From contig OZ219754.1 in NCBI GenBank assembly GCA_964291295.2, forward strand, positions 1,120,001-1,184,000: DNA of 64,000 bases, written 5' to 3'. The notes under the pieces were generated by a model. It ran no database searches. It saw nothing but the letters and a program-made list of their open reading frames with translations, and was not told where the DNA came from. This stretch comes from an uncultured Candidatus Binatia bacterium. GTDB lineage: Bacteria; Desulfobacterota; Binatia; UBA9968; JAJDTQ01. How positions within the stretch are numbered: position 1 is the first letter of the stretch; every line of letters starts with the position of its first letter. Of this stretch, positions 30,180-40,932 are shown piece after piece. A program made the translations under genes and the position numbers.

Positions 30180-32240
30180 CCCAACTTTACCACCTGGAGT
30201 CCGGTTTGGGCAGGAATCAGGGGTGATTTTGCCGAAATTGGCACGCAAGTCATTGATATATCGTGGGCAGGTTGTCGGGCAGGCGAATGTAGTGCCACAA
30301 AGTACATGCTGGATATTGCTGGGGGTGGCGCACCATGCTGCCACCCTCTCATGTTCATCCGTCGCACCCGTACTCGCAGCAGCAGCGAACCTTACGTCAC
30401 CCACCGCCTGGTGCGCTCCGAACGCGACGGTTCAAAGGTGCGTCAACGCACCCTGCTCAATCTCGGGCGGCACTTCGATGTGGCTCCACAGGAGTGGCCC
30501 GTGCTGTGCCGGCGCATTGAGGAGATGCTTGCCGGTCAACTCCCCCTGTCTCCGGGCTGCCCCCCGGCACTCGAAACCCACGCCCAGCGCATCACCGCCC
30601 AACTCCTTGCCCGGGAGCGCGTCGGCACCGCGACCCCAAGCCAAGGGGGCGACCTCCAGAGCGTGGATGTCGACTCCCTGGAGTTGGTTCGACCACGCTC
30701 GGTGGGCGTCGAGCACGTGGGATTGTGGGCCATGGACCAACTCGGCCTGCGCACCCTGCTCGAACAACTCGGTCTCGGCGCCTCGATGCGCGCGACCGCC
30801 ATCGGCTCGATCATCGCGCGTATGGCGCAGAGCGCGCCACCCGACGCTGGCTCGGCGAACGCAGCGCCTTGGGTGAACTGCTCGGAATGGAGTTCGCCAC
30901 CATGGGACCCATGCGGCTGTATCGCGCCTCCGATGCCCTGATGGCCCACCGCGACGTCATCGAAAAGCATCTGTTCGATCGGGCCATGGACCTGTTCGAG
31001 ATCGAACCCACCGTGACGCTCTACGATCTGACCAACACCTACTTCGAGGGCGCGGCACCCCTCCAACCGAAGGCCCTGCGCGGCCACTCCAAGGACAAGC
31101 GCACCGATTGCCCGCTGCTCACCCTGGGGCTCGTGCTCGACTCCAGCGGCTTCGTGCGCCGCTCCCAGGTCTTTGCCGGCAACGTGCGCGAGCACCACAC
31201 TCTGGCCCGGATGCTGGATGCGCTCAAGGCCCCGCGCGCCGCCCTGGTGGTGATGGACCGGGGCCTCGCTACGAAGAGCGCCTGCAGTGGCTGCGTGAGC
31301 AGGGCTACCGCTACCTGGTGGTCAGCCGTGAACGCAACCGGCACTTCGTCCCTCAGGCGGCACAGCGCATGGAGACCGCTTCCAAGCATGGCATACAATT
31401 GCACAAGGCCCTGTCCCCAGACGGTCGGGAGGTGCGCCTGTACTGCTTCTCCGAACAACGGGCCGCCAAGGAACGCGGCATCGTCGAGCGCTTCGCCCGG
31501 CGCTTCGAGAACGCCCTGAACAAGCTCTCCGAAGGTCTCTCCCGACCCCGTACCCAAAAACGTGTGGAGCAGGTCTGGCAACGTATCGGGCGGCTCAAGG
31601 AGAGCACCCGCGGCATCGCCCAGCACTACGACATCGCACTCGACACCGATGAGTCCGGTCAACGCGCCACCGCCGTGCGCTTCACCCGCCGCCCTCTCCC
31701 CGGCTCGATGAGGACCCATCCCGGCGTCTACTGCCTGCGCAGCAGCGAAACCCACTGGAAGGAAGAAGCCCTGTGGCGTACCTACGTCAGGCTCACCGAC
31801 ATCGAAGCCGTCTTCCGCTCCCTCAAATCCGAACTCGGCCTGCGACCCGTCTACCACCACAAACCACGCCGCTCCGAAGGCCATCTGTTCATCACCGTGC
31901 TCGCCTACCAACTCGTCCAGGTCATCCGTACCCGCCTGCGTCAAGCGGACGAGCACGCCAGTTGGACCACACTACGCCGCGTCCTCCAGGGACAGCAGCG
32001 CGTCACCACCACCTTCCGCCGCGCTGACGGGCGCACCTTGCACGTGCGCAAGGCGACCCGCGCCGAACCAACCCAGCAGGCCATCTACAAAGCCTTGGGC
32101 ATTGATCCCGCTCCCGGAGGAACCCGCAAAACCCTCGTGTAACCAACCCTCAAACACCCACCTGTAGTGCCACTCGCCGCTTCAAGCCACCATAACTATA
32201 TGATATGCAATGTGATCTTTTGGAGAGTGGTAAACTTGGG
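30180..32240 (+). mobile_element. IS1634-family insertion sequence
   Basis: Terminal inverted repeats CCCAACTTTACCAC (30180) and GTGGTAAACTTGGG (32227-32240); flanks TTAG / CTAG; internal TGTAGTGCCAC at 30288 and 32163. Confidence 0.9.
30351..32142 (+). pseudogene. IS1634-family DDE transposase with two frameshifts
   Basis: VRQRTLLNLG, YDLTNTYFEG, GHSKDKR.D, VMDRG, IEAVFRSLKS.LGLRPVYH. Breaks near 30830 (short deletion) and 31272 (1 nt). Confidence 0.9.
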
Positions 32241-34481
32241 CTAGGCCCCGCCCGGCCCCTTCCGATTCATCGCCTCGAACACCTTCTCCGAAGTGATGGG
32301 CAGTGACGTGATCCGGACGCCGCAGGCGTCGGCCACGGCATTGGCGATGGCTCCCGCGGTGGGGATGTTGGCGGTCTCGCCGATGGCCATGCTGTTGTAC
32401 GGTCCGGGACCGCGCCTGTGTTCCGACACCAGGGTGGTCAGTTCCGGAACGTCCCGGATGGTGGGGATCTTGTAGTCGCCGAAATTGGCGGTGGTGACCT
32501 TGCCATCGTCCACCACCAGGTGCTCCATCATGCCGTAGCCGATGCCGGTCATGCTGGCGCCTTCGATCTGCCCCTGGTGCATCAGCGGGTTCAGGATGGT
32601 GCCGGTGCTGTGGCTCGTGACCAGGCGCTTGAGTTCGACATTGCCGGTCTCGGGGTCCACCTCCACTTCGGCGATCTGCGCGCACATGGCCGCATCCGGG
32701 ACCTTGGAGGTGTCGTCGTAGAGCCCTTCGGCCTCGATGGCCGAGCCCTTGGCCTTGACCACGTCGGCATAGCTGATGCCCCGGTCGGTGCTCTTGTGCA
32801 CCACCTTGCCGTCGGAGAGTTCGAGGTCTTCCCCGGGTGCGTCCAGTGCGTTGGCGGCGTGTTCCAGCAGTTGCGCGCGCGTCTTCATGATGCCGTCGTA
32901 GCCGGCGTTGCCGTAGACCCGGGTGCCGCGGCTGCCGCCCAGCCCGGAGTCCTTGATGCCGGCGCTGGTGTCGAAGTGCTCGAACCGGATCCTGTCGGCC
33001 GGGATCTTGAGTTCCTGCTCCGCCATCTGCTCCAGCAGGGTGAAGGTGCCAACGCCTTGGTCCAGCATGGCCGACGAAACCGTCAGAGTGCCGGTATCGT
33101 CGAGCCTGAACTTCACCAGCCCCTTGCCGCCGTTCACCGACCACTGCACGAGCCCGATGCCGCGCCCCACGTTCCTGGGCCGCGGCTCATGGTACTTGAC
33201 CGCGTCGAGGGCCCTGTCGAGAACCGCATGGGAGCCGACATAGTCGATCTTCTCCCCCACCGGAGAGTCCGCCACTCCCTCCAGCAGGTTCTTCTTTCGC
33301 AACTCCGCCGGATCCATGCCCAACGCCTCGGCCAGCAGGTCGAGCTGGCTCTCGTTGGCGAAGAATCCCTGCGGGTCGCCCGGCGAGCGCATGTGTCCGC
33401 ACGGCACCTGGTTGGTGTAGACCATGTGCTCTTCCACCAGCGTGTTGGGCATGTTGTAAGGGCCCGGGGACTTCTGCGGTCCGCCGAGAATGCCGTTGGG
33501 CTTGAACGCGCAGTAGGCGCCGGTGTCGAACACGAAGTCCATGTGATGGGCGGTGATGGTGCCGTCCTTCCTGGCGCCTGTCCGGACCTTGATGATCGAG
33601 GCGTGCCGAGGGTTGCCGGCGATGAACTCCTCGTCGTAGTCCATGACGATCTTCACGGGCCGGCCGCCGCTCTTCTTCGAGAGCGAGTAGCACAGGGCGA
33701 TGTCCATGAAATCGCCCTTGCCGCCGAAGTCGCCGCCGATGTAACAGGGATGGACCACGATGGCCTCCGGATCCACCCGCACGGCGTTGGCCACCTGGTC
33801 GCGGATACCGAAGGGCACCTTGCTGCACGCCCAGATCTCGGCCGCGCCCGTGGCCGGGTCGGTCCGGGCCACGCAGGAGTGCGGCTCGATGTAGGCCTGG
33901 TGCACCTTGGGTGTCGTGAAGGTGTTTTCGACCATGACGTCGGCTTCCTCGAACCCCTTCTCGATGTCGCCCTTCTTCCAGTTGACGTAGATCACCCGGT
34001 TGGTCGGGCCGTCGAGTTTCTGCGGCAGCCCCTTGTAGGTGTGGACCTCCGGGTGCAGCAGCGGCGCCGACGGCTCCATGGCCTCCACCGGATCGAGCAC
34101 CGGGTCCATTTCCTCGTACTCGACCTCGATGAGCCCCACGGCTTCCTCGGCCGCGTCTTCGGTCTCCGCGGAGACCGCCGCCACCTTCTCGCCGATGAAC
34201 CGCACGCGGCCGTCCGCGACGATGGGCATGTCCACCACCCGCCGGCCGATGCGCAGACCGGCGACATCCTCGCCGGTGAGGATGCCGACCACGCCGGGCA
34301 CCTGCAGGGCCCGGCTCGTGTCGATGCGCTTGATGAGGCCGCAGGGAATGGGGCTGCGCAGGATCTTGCCCCAGAGCATGTCCGGGAACGTGACGTCCAC
34401 CGCGTACCTGGCCTTGCCGCTCACCTTGTGCTCTCCGTCGATGCGGGGTGTGGGAACGCCCACGCTGTGTCTTTCCGCCAT
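32241..34481 (-). CDS. Xanthine dehydrogenase-family molybdopterin-binding large subunit
   Basis: KVSGKARY, LRSP, QAYIEPH, GGDFGGKG, MRSPG, DQGVG, GQIEG, DYKIPT, AIGE, AIANAV.DA. Confidence 0.93.
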   Translation of the reverse strand: MAERHSVGVPTPRIDGEHKVSGKARYAVDVTFPDMLWGKILRSPIPCGLIKRIDTSRALQVPGVVGILTGEDVAGLRIGRRVVDMPIVADGRVRFIGEKVAAVSAETEDAAEEAVGLIEVEYEEMDPVLDPVEAMEPSAPLLHPEVHTYKGLPQKLDGPTNRVIYVNWKKGDIEKGFEEADVMVENTFTTPKVHQAYIEPHSCVARTDPATGAAEIWACSKVPFGIRDQVANAVRVDPEAIVVHPCYIGGDFGGKGDFMDIALCYSLSKKSGGRPVKIVMDYDEEFIAGNPRHASIIKVRTGARKDGTITAHHMDFVFDTGAYCAFKPNGILGGPQKSPGPYNMPNTLVEEHMVYTNQVPCGHMRSPGDPQGFFANESQLDLLAEALGMDPAELRKKNLLEGVADSPVGEKIDYVGSHAVLDRALDAVKYHEPRPRNVGRGIGLVQWSVNGGKGLVKFRLDDTGTLTVSSAMLDQGVGTFTLLEQMAEQELKIPADRIRFEHFDTSAGIKDSGLGGSRGTRVYGNAGYDGIMKTRAQLLEHAANALDAPGEDLELSDGKVVHKSTDRGISYADVVKAKGSAIEAEGLYDDTSKVPDAAMCAQIAEVEVDPETGNVELKRLVTSHSTGTILNPLMHQGQIEGASMTGIGYGMMEHLVVDDGKVTTANFGDYKIPTIRDVPELTTLVSEHRRGPGPYNSMAIGETANIPTAGAIANAVADACGVRITSLPITSEKVFEAMNRKGPGGA

Positions 34482-34551
34482 TGGACTCACCTCTGGAAGT
34501 GGTTGAAGATGCGGGTGCCGGAACCCCGGGGACTCACTCGGACCCACGCAC

Positions 34552-36075
34552 TTACTGGACCAGGCGGCTCTCCGGGAACATGAACGAGCGGATGGTGACC
34601 GGGATGACCTCGGTGACTCCCATGGCATTGCCGACGTCGATGAAGTCCAGGTCGCCGACGTCGATGCCGTCGACCGCGATGACCTCCGGTGCCACCTTCA
34701 GCTCTTCCTTGAGGATGCCGCCGAGGGCTTTGGCCACATCCACGTCGAGGATCAGATAGACGTGGAGGTTCGGATCCGCCGGCTCCTCGGCATCGGCGAC
34801 CACCGCGGCGATGCCTTCCGCCACCCGCCGGACGAACCGGTAGTCGGGTACACCCTGGAGACCCAGGGCCAGGGCCAGGCCGGACTTGAAGCGCTCCAGG
34901 TCGAATTTGGCCAGCGCCGTGCGGATGACGCCCTGCACGTCGGAGCCTCCGTCGATGACCGCCTTGACCACCTGCAGGCCGTAGACCGGAAGCGGCGTCC
35001 CGCTGGAGATGTAGCTCGTGTTGCCGCTGGCCTGGATGGTGTACTCGCCGGCGCCGATGACGGTGGCGCGGATGCCCTCCGTGGGCTCCTTGACCAGGTC
35101 CGGCCGGTTGAGCTCGTCGATGCGGTGGCGGATCTCCCTGCCCAGGTAAGGGCCGACATCGCCGCAGGAGGGAGCCTCGTGGTCGTGGATGTGCTCCGAG
35201 ACGCCGCCCGAGAAGACGATGTGGTCGATGCTCTGCAAGCCGTCGTAGTCCGGCAACGGATCGGTCACCCTCAGGCGGGTCTCAAGGTCGGACAGCGGCT
35301 TCGCCTGGATGACGTTGAACAGGTAGTTGCCCATATAGGCGGCCAACGACCTCTTGACGTCGCCGGTGACGACCTGGCCGACCTCCACCGGCATACCCAG
35401 CTCCCTGGTGATGAATCTGGCCGGAAGCTCGACCCGCGTCGCCACGTCGTCTTCGTCAAAAGCGATGAGGCGCGCGCCCACGCTGATGGCGGCCGTCTGG
35501 GTCACGGTGCCGTCGCGAATGACCGACAGCTTGGTGGTGCCGCCGCCCATGTCGATGTTCAACACGGTGGCGCCGGCCGATTTTGACAGTTCCACCGCGC
35601 CGCAGCCATGGGCCGCCAGCAGCGCTTCGTGGTTGGGTCCCGCCGAGGCGCAGATGAACTTGCCGGAATCCTTGGCGAAATACTCGAGGATCGGGCGGGA
35701 GTTCTCCTTGTTGAGGGCCTCCCCCGTGATCACCACGGCGCCGGTGTCGATATCGTCCTGGGTGTAGCCGGCCACGCGGTAGGATTCGTGGATGAACTCC
35801 TCCACCCGGGCCGTGTCGATGAGCGTCCCCGAACTGTACGGCGTCAGCATGATCGGCGAGCGGTAGAGCACCTCCCGGTCGGTGACCCTGAAACGGGCCG
35901 ACAGTCCGGCGCCTTCGCGCCGGAGCGTCAGGTGGGAGAATACGAGATGCGAGGTCGAGGAGCCGATGTCGATGCCCACGCTCGTGAGCGAGAACATCTC
36001 GACTCCTTCGATGTCCTCCACGATGGCATCGGGGCCGGGGTGAAAGTGTTCTGGGTTGTCCGCGTCGTCGTGCAT
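34552..36075 (-). CDS. EutA-like (ethanolamine ammonia-lyase reactivase family) ASKHA ATPase
   Basis: SVGIDIGSSTSHLVFS, YRSPI.LTP, TGAVVITGE, AGPNHEALLA, NIDMGGGTT, FSGGV, IRATVIGAG, DFIDVG. Confidence 0.88.
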   Translation of the reverse strand: MHDDADNPEHFHPGPDAIVEDIEGVEMFSLTSVGIDIGSSTSHLVFSHLTLRREGAGLSARFRVTDREVLYRSPIMLTPYSSGTLIDTARVEEFIHESYRVAGYTQDDIDTGAVVITGEALNKENSRPILEYFAKDSGKFICASAGPNHEALLAAHGCGAVELSKSAGATVLNIDMGGGTTKLSVIRDGTVTQTAAISVGARLIAFDEDDVATRVELPARFITRELGMPVEVGQVVTGDVKRSLAAYMGNYLFNVIQAKPLSDLETRLRVTDPLPDYDGLQSIDHIVFSGGVSEHIHDHEAPSCGDVGPYLGREIRHRIDELNRPDLVKEPTEGIRATVIGAGEYTIQASGNTSYISSGTPLPVYGLQVVKAVIDGGSDVQGVIRTALAKFDLERFKSGLALALGLQGVPDYRFVRRVAEGIAAVVADAEEPADPNLHVYLILDVDVAKALGGILKEELKVAPEVIAVDGIDVGDLDFIDVGNAMGVTEVIPVTIRSFMFPESRLVQ

Positions 36076-36087
36076 GACTCGTGCCGT

Positions 36088-37218
36088 CTACTGTTTGCCC
36101 ATCCCCTTGGACCACTCGTAGTCGGGGTTGGTGTAGGCTTCCTCGTGCATCAGGCTCGTGGTGCCGCGCTTGGCCAGCTCTTCCTCGAACTTGGCCCGGA
36201 TGAAGGGATCCTCGTCCGGATACTCGATCTGGTCCTTGGCCCGGTCTTCGACCTTTTCCGCGTAGCCGTGGAACTGCATGGGCGGATGGAACGCCAGGTA
36301 ACGGGCGGGGGTGGCGCCGGCATTGAAATGCTGGTGGAACCACTTGTTGGGCGGTACGAAGACGCTGGCCTCGTGCCACGGCACGACGATCTTCTCCTTG
36401 TCCTCTTCCCACAGGATCGAGTAGCCCTCGCCCGCGGGGATGACGATCACCCGGCCCGGGCCGTGGCGGTGCGCCTTCTTGTAGGTGCGCGCCGCGAACA
36501 CCGACATGTGGCAGGAGAGTTCGGAGTTGGGGAACTCGATGAACACGCTGTGGCCGCCGGCACCGCGCTTCTTGTTCTCGTCCAGCCTGTCCCATGCTCT
36601 CATGTCCGGGAAGAAATTGCCGTACCAGTAGACACGGCGGTTCCACACGTTCCACTTGCCCGAATCCGTGACCATCTTGGCCTCGGAGTAGAACTCCCCG
36701 TTCTGGGAAGCGATGACGTCCTGGCCGGCGAACGGGTTGTCGAAGAAGAACTCCGGGTCTCCCACCGCGGACATGGCCAGGGGCAGATAGTTGTAGTGCA
36801 GCAGCCGCACGGCCTTGTCCCCCTGCATGTTGTGGAGGGTGTAGTGGTAGTTGCGCGGCACGATGAACATGCTGTTGTTGTGCCACTCGAAGGTTTTTTT
36901 GGTGCCGCTGTCGTCGCGCCACACGGTGGTGGCGCCCCTGCCCTCCACCACATAGACGACCTCGTCGAGGGCGAATCTTATGGGCGGCGTGGACTCGCCC
37001 GGGGCGACCTCCTGGATCCAGGCGCCGGTCACGCCTTCCTGGCCCATGAGCTGCATGAAGGCGGCCTTGCACTTGCGGTCTTCCCACCATTCGAGGTCGC
37101 AAGTGCGCAGGTCGCCGATGAAGTAGCCGGTGTGGATCGGAATCCCCAAGGACTCCATCCAGTGGTCGTAGGTGAAACGGGTCTTCTCCGTGACGGCACC
37201 GCTGATGTCTTCTCCCAT
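36088..37218 (-). CDS. Bicupin protein (gentisate-1,2-dioxygenase-like fold)
   Basis: Two cupin repeats: EVVYVVEGRG...FIVPRN and KAHRHGPG...GEGYS...PPNKWFHQHFN. Confidence 0.85.
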   Translation of the reverse strand: MGEDISGAVTEKTRFTYDHWMESLGIPIHTGYFIGDLRTCDLEWWEDRKCKAAFMQLMGQEGVTGAWIQEVAPGESTPPIRFALDEVVYVVEGRGATTVWRDDSGTKKTFEWHNNSMFIVPRNYHYTLHNMQGDKAVRLLHYNYLPLAMSAVGDPEFFFDNPFAGQDVIASQNGEFYSEAKMVTDSGKWNVWNRRVYWYGNFFPDMRAWDRLDENKKRGAGGHSVFIEFPNSELSCHMSVFAARTYKKAHRHGPGRVIVIPAGEGYSILWEEDKEKIVVPWHEASVFVPPNKWFHQHFNAGATPARYLAFHPPMQFHGYAEKVEDRAKDQIEYPDEDPFIRAKFEEELAKRGTTSLMHEEAYTNPDYEWSKGMGKQ

Positions 37219-37336
37219 GGATCGCTCCTTGAAGTTGAATTTTGCGAGAACGCCCCCGTTCGGGGAACGAAGCCCCTCTGTTCTGGGAACAGGAACGGGC
37301 CGGCGGCCGGCCTGTTCCGAGGCAACAGGAGTCGTT

Positions 37337-37442
37337 TTTATAGCGTTCCGCGGCACCCGGGGTCAAGACCGCGCCTCCGGGGAGCGTTCCCCCAGCCGGC
37401 TCCGGCGTCCGTGTTGACAGAGGGGGCTTACTCTGTGAGGAT
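37337..37442. promoter_or_regulatory. Divergent sigma70-like promoters (cupin operon / dxs)
   Basis: Minus strand TTGACC-N18-TATAAA (37366-37337); plus strand TTGACA (37414)-N17-GAGGAT with a TG extension. Confidence 0.4.
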
Positions 37443-37518
37443 TCCTGTTCTTTCGGCGCATGCTCCCCATGAACCATCCACCGGGTCCATTTTGCCTTGT
37501 CAGCGGCGAGGATCGACT

Positions 37519-39429
37519 ATGCCCATCCTGACGAGGGTCGGCCAGCCGGCCGACCTCAAGAACCTCTCTCCCGAGCAGTTCCCGCAACTCTGCGAGGATA
37601 TCCGCGAGCGGATCATCTCGGTCATATCCAATGTCGGCGGACACCTCGCCTCCAATCTCGGCGTCGTCGAACTGACCGTCGCCCTTCACTACCTGCTGGA
37701 CACGCCCCGGGATCTCATCGTCTGGGATACCGGCAACCAGTCCTACGCCCACAAGCTGCTGACCGGGCGTCAGGCGCAGTTCCACACCATCCGTCAACTC
37801 GGCGGGTTGAGCGGATTCTGCAAGCGCGAGGAGAGCGAGTACGATACGTTCAATGCCGGCCACGCCGGCACCGGCGTCTCCGCCGCGGCGGGATTCGTGG
37901 AAGCCCGCGAACAGCGGCAACAGGACCACAAGGTGGTCTGCGTGGTCGGCGACGGCGCGCTGACCTCGGGCCTCACCATGGAGGGGCTCCAGCAGGCCGG
38001 CGGCCTGAAGCGGGATCTCCTGGTGATCCTCAACGACAACCAGATGTCCATCTCCAGGAACGTGGGCGCCATCTCGGCGTACCTCAACCGCACCATCACG
38101 GGAGAGTTCTTCGACCGGATCACCGAGGAGACCAAGCGGGTCCTGGGCAAGGTGCCGCACATCGGCGATCGGGTGCAGAGACTGGCCGGACGAGCTCAGG
38201 AATTGGTGAAGGGGCTGTTGCTGCCCGGTCTTCTGTTCGAGGAACTCGGGTTCCGGTACGTGGGCCCCATCGACGGCCATCAGTTCGAGCACCTGCTGCC
38301 GACCCTGGAGAACGTGCTCAAGCTGGAGGGGCCGACGCTGCTGCACGTGGTTACCAGGAAGGGGCAGGGCTACGGCCCGGCCATGGAAAACCCCGTGCGG
38401 TTCCACGCCAGTTCGCCCTTCGACCGTGATACCGGCCAGCCCAGGAAGAAATCCGCCACGCCCTCTTATGGCAGCATCGCCGTCGACGCCCTGGTTCGAC
38501 TGGCCCGGGAAGATCCGCGCATCGTCGCCATTACCGCGGCCATGGCCGAGGGAACGGGTTTGGCCGCGTTCGAAAAGCTCTTTCCCGAGCGGTTCTATGA
38601 CGTCGGCATTGCCGAGCAGCACGCCGTCACCTTTGCCGCGGGGCTGGCGGTGCAGGGCATGCGGCCGGTGATCCCCATCTACTCGACCTTCCTGCAGCGG
38701 GGCTACGACCAGATCGTCCACGACGTCGCCACCCAGAATCTCCCGGTGACGTTCTGCATCGACCGCGCCGGGCTGGTGGCCGAGGACGGCACCACCCACC
38801 ACGGGGCGTTCGACCTGGCGTACCTTCGGCATGTGCCGAACATGGTGGTGATGGCGCCCAAGGACGAGAACGAGTTGCAGCACATGGTGAAGTCGTGCGT
38901 CAGTTGCGGCAGGCCCGCGGCGGTGCGCTATCCGCGCGGAGCGGGGCTGGGCGTGGACATGGACCCGGCGCCGCGGGCGCTGCCGCTGGGCCAGGGCGAA
39001 CTGGTCCGGGACGGCACGGACATCGCGCTGGTAGCCATCGGCGTGACCGTGCACCTGGCGGCGGCGGCGGCCGAACGGATGGCCCGGGAGGGAATTTCCG
39101 CCGCCGTGATCAACGCGCGGTTCGTCAAGCCGCTCGACGGCGATCTGATCGCCCGGGTGGCCGGGCAGGTGAAGTGTCTGCTGACGGTGGAGGAATCGAC
39201 CGTCATGGGCGGATTCGGGTCCGCCGTTCTCGAACTGTTGTCGCACCGGGGCATCGTCAACCTGGCGACGAAATGCCTGGGATTGCCGGACCGCTACATC
39301 GAGCAGGGGCCGCAGGATGTGCTGCGCGAGAAATACGGGTTGACGGCCGACGGGATCCACCGGCAGGCCAGGGGGTTGCTCGCGCAAGCCGGCACCCCGG
39401 CGCAGGCCGCCCCGCCGCCAGGAACCTGA
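37519..39429 (+). CDS. dxs: 1-deoxy-D-xylulose-5-phosphate synthase
   Basis: GGHLASNLGVVELT, GDGA...LNDN, YVGPIDGH, DVGIAEQH, YSTFLQRGYD, DRAG, DGTTH, RYPRG. Confidence 0.96.
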   Translation: MPILTRVGQPADLKNLSPEQFPQLCEDIRERIISVISNVGGHLASNLGVVELTVALHYLLDTPRDLIVWDTGNQSYAHKLLTGRQAQFHTIRQLGGLSGFCKREESEYDTFNAGHAGTGVSAAAGFVEAREQRQQDHKVVCVVGDGALTSGLTMEGLQQAGGLKRDLLVILNDNQMSISRNVGAISAYLNRTITGEFFDRITEETKRVLGKVPHIGDRVQRLAGRAQELVKGLLLPGLLFEELGFRYVGPIDGHQFEHLLPTLENVLKLEGPTLLHVVTRKGQGYGPAMENPVRFHASSPFDRDTGQPRKKSATPSYGSIAVDALVRLAREDPRIVAITAAMAEGTGLAAFEKLFPERFYDVGIAEQHAVTFAAGLAVQGMRPVIPIYSTFLQRGYDQIVHDVATQNLPVTFCIDRAGLVAEDGTTHHGAFDLAYLRHVPNMVVMAPKDENELQHMVKSCVSCGRPAAVRYPRGAGLGVDMDPAPRALPLGQGELVRDGTDIALVAIGVTVHLAAAAAERMAREGISAAVINARFVKPLDGDLIARVAGQVKCLLTVEESTVMGGFGSAVLELLSHRGIVNLATKCLGLPDRYIEQGPQDVLREKYGLTADGIHRQARGLLAQAGTPAQAAPPPGT

Positions 39430-39500
39430 AAGACCGCGCGGCCGCCCGCGCCGAAGGTTGCCCGGCGGCCCGCCCGCAAGACCCGTCGTTCGCCGCCAGT

Positions 39501-40511
39501 CTAGCTGCTGCCGGCCCCGGGCGCCCTGCCCGCGGAGTCGTCCGTCCTGTCTCCGGGTAGAATCTGCGCGCCGGCCTCCGCCAACTCCGGCGGCAGCTTG
39601 AAGGTGACATTCTCCGCGGCGCCCTCGTGGTTGGTCAGGGTGACGTCGAACAGTTCGCGGAGCCGGTCCACCAGGCCCTGAACCAACTCTTCCGGTGCCG
39701 AGGCGCCGGCGGTGATCCCGACGGTGCGCGCCCCGCGCAGCCAAGCCGGGTCCAGGCTCCCGGCATCCGGTATCAGGTGGCTTGCGGTTCCGGCCTCGCC
39801 GCCGATCTCGCGCAGGCGGTTCGAGTTGGAACTGTAGTCGGCGCCGATGACCAGGATCACGTCGGACTCGGCTGCCAGCCGGCGCACCTCTGCCTGCCGG
39901 TTTTGCGTGGCGTAGCAGATGTCCTTCAGGTCGGGGCCCCGGATCTCGGGGAAGCGGGCCTTGAGCGCGGCGATGATCTCGCGGGTGTCGTCGACGCTGA
40001 GGGTCGTCTGTGTCACGTAGGCGAGCTTCGCCGGGTCCGCCGGTTCCAGCGCGGCCACATCCGCCGCCGCGGACACCAGGTGCACCGTTCCCGGCACCTG
40101 CCCCATGGTGCCCTCGACCTCCGGGTGCCCCGCATGTCCTACGAGAACGATCTCGTAGCCCTGCCGCGCGTAGCGTTGCGCCTCCATGTGCACCCTGCTG
40201 ACCAGCGGGCAGGTGGCGTCGATGACCTGGAGGGCACGGCCGCCGGCGGCGTCCTCCACCTTGCGGGATACGCCGTGAGCGCTGAATACGGTCACCGCTC
40301 CCTCGGGGATTTCGGAGACCTCGTCCACGAAGCGCGCGCCCTTTTCGCGCAGCAGATCGACCACGTGCTTGTTGTGGACGATCTCGTGCCGCACATAGAC
40401 GGGAGCTCCGTAGAGCCGGAGCGCGCGCTCCACGATGTCCACGGCTCTCACCACGCCGGCGCAGAAACCTCTCGGCTGCGCCAGGATGATTTGCAAGGGT
40501 TGTTTTGCCAC
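39501..40511 (-). CDS. ispH: 4-hydroxy-3-methylbut-2-enyl diphosphate reductase
   Basis: [51 protein letters not shown]. Confidence 0.97.
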   Translation of the reverse strand: MAKQPLQIILAQPRGFCAGVVRAVDIVERALRLYGAPVYVRHEIVHNKHVVDLLREKGARFVDEVSEIPEGAVTVFSAHGVSRKVEDAAGGRALQVIDATCPLVSRVHMEAQRYARQGYEIVLVGHAGHPEVEGTMGQVPGTVHLVSAAADVAALEPADPAKLAYVTQTTLSVDDTREIIAALKARFPEIRGPDLKDICYATQNRQAEVRRLAAESDVILVIGADYSSNSNRLREIGGEAGTASHLIPDAGSLDPAWLRGARTVGITAGASAPEELVQGLVDRLRELFDVTLTNHEGAAENVTFKLPPELAEAGAQILPGDRTDDSAGRAPGAGSS

Positions 40512-40932
40512 GGGCCACACTCCGGTGCCGCCTCCGGTGCCGCCGCGCGGGCGCGCCGGCACACGCATGTCAGCACACACGTACCACTATGCAGCAGCCG
40601 CGCCGAGGGGTCAACGATCATCCCGCCGGAACAGTCTCTCGTCGTATCCTTTCTCGACCGGCGGCCGGCCGCCGCGCCGCCCAGGCAAGATCCGAACAAC
40701 CCCGAGCCCGCTTGGGCTGAATCAACAAGATCAACAGGTTGCAAGCTATTCTTCCTGTCGCGCCATCTCCTTGTTCAGCCCTTCCCTTGAAGGCGAAACC
40801 GTCCCGTGGACACCGCGCCGTCTCCCCCTCGCGGCAGCGAAACCGTCTCATGGACACCGCAATCGGCTTGCGAATCGGGCTTCCGAACGGACGGCTGAAC
40901 CTGCCCGCGCCGGCCACGAGCCCTGGATCGGA

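Noticed and set aside
35608-39429. 1273-aa ORF suggesting a DXS fusion
   Set aside because: The first 637 codons are antisense to the cupin and EutA-like genes; dxs starts at 37519.
37363-40518. Long antisense or off-frame ORFs (1051 aa here; also 52704-55481, 15827-18184, 32418-34583, 60025-62109)
   Set aside because: Shadow ORFs expected in high-GC coding DNA; Arg/Gly/Pro-rich and overlapping well-supported genes.
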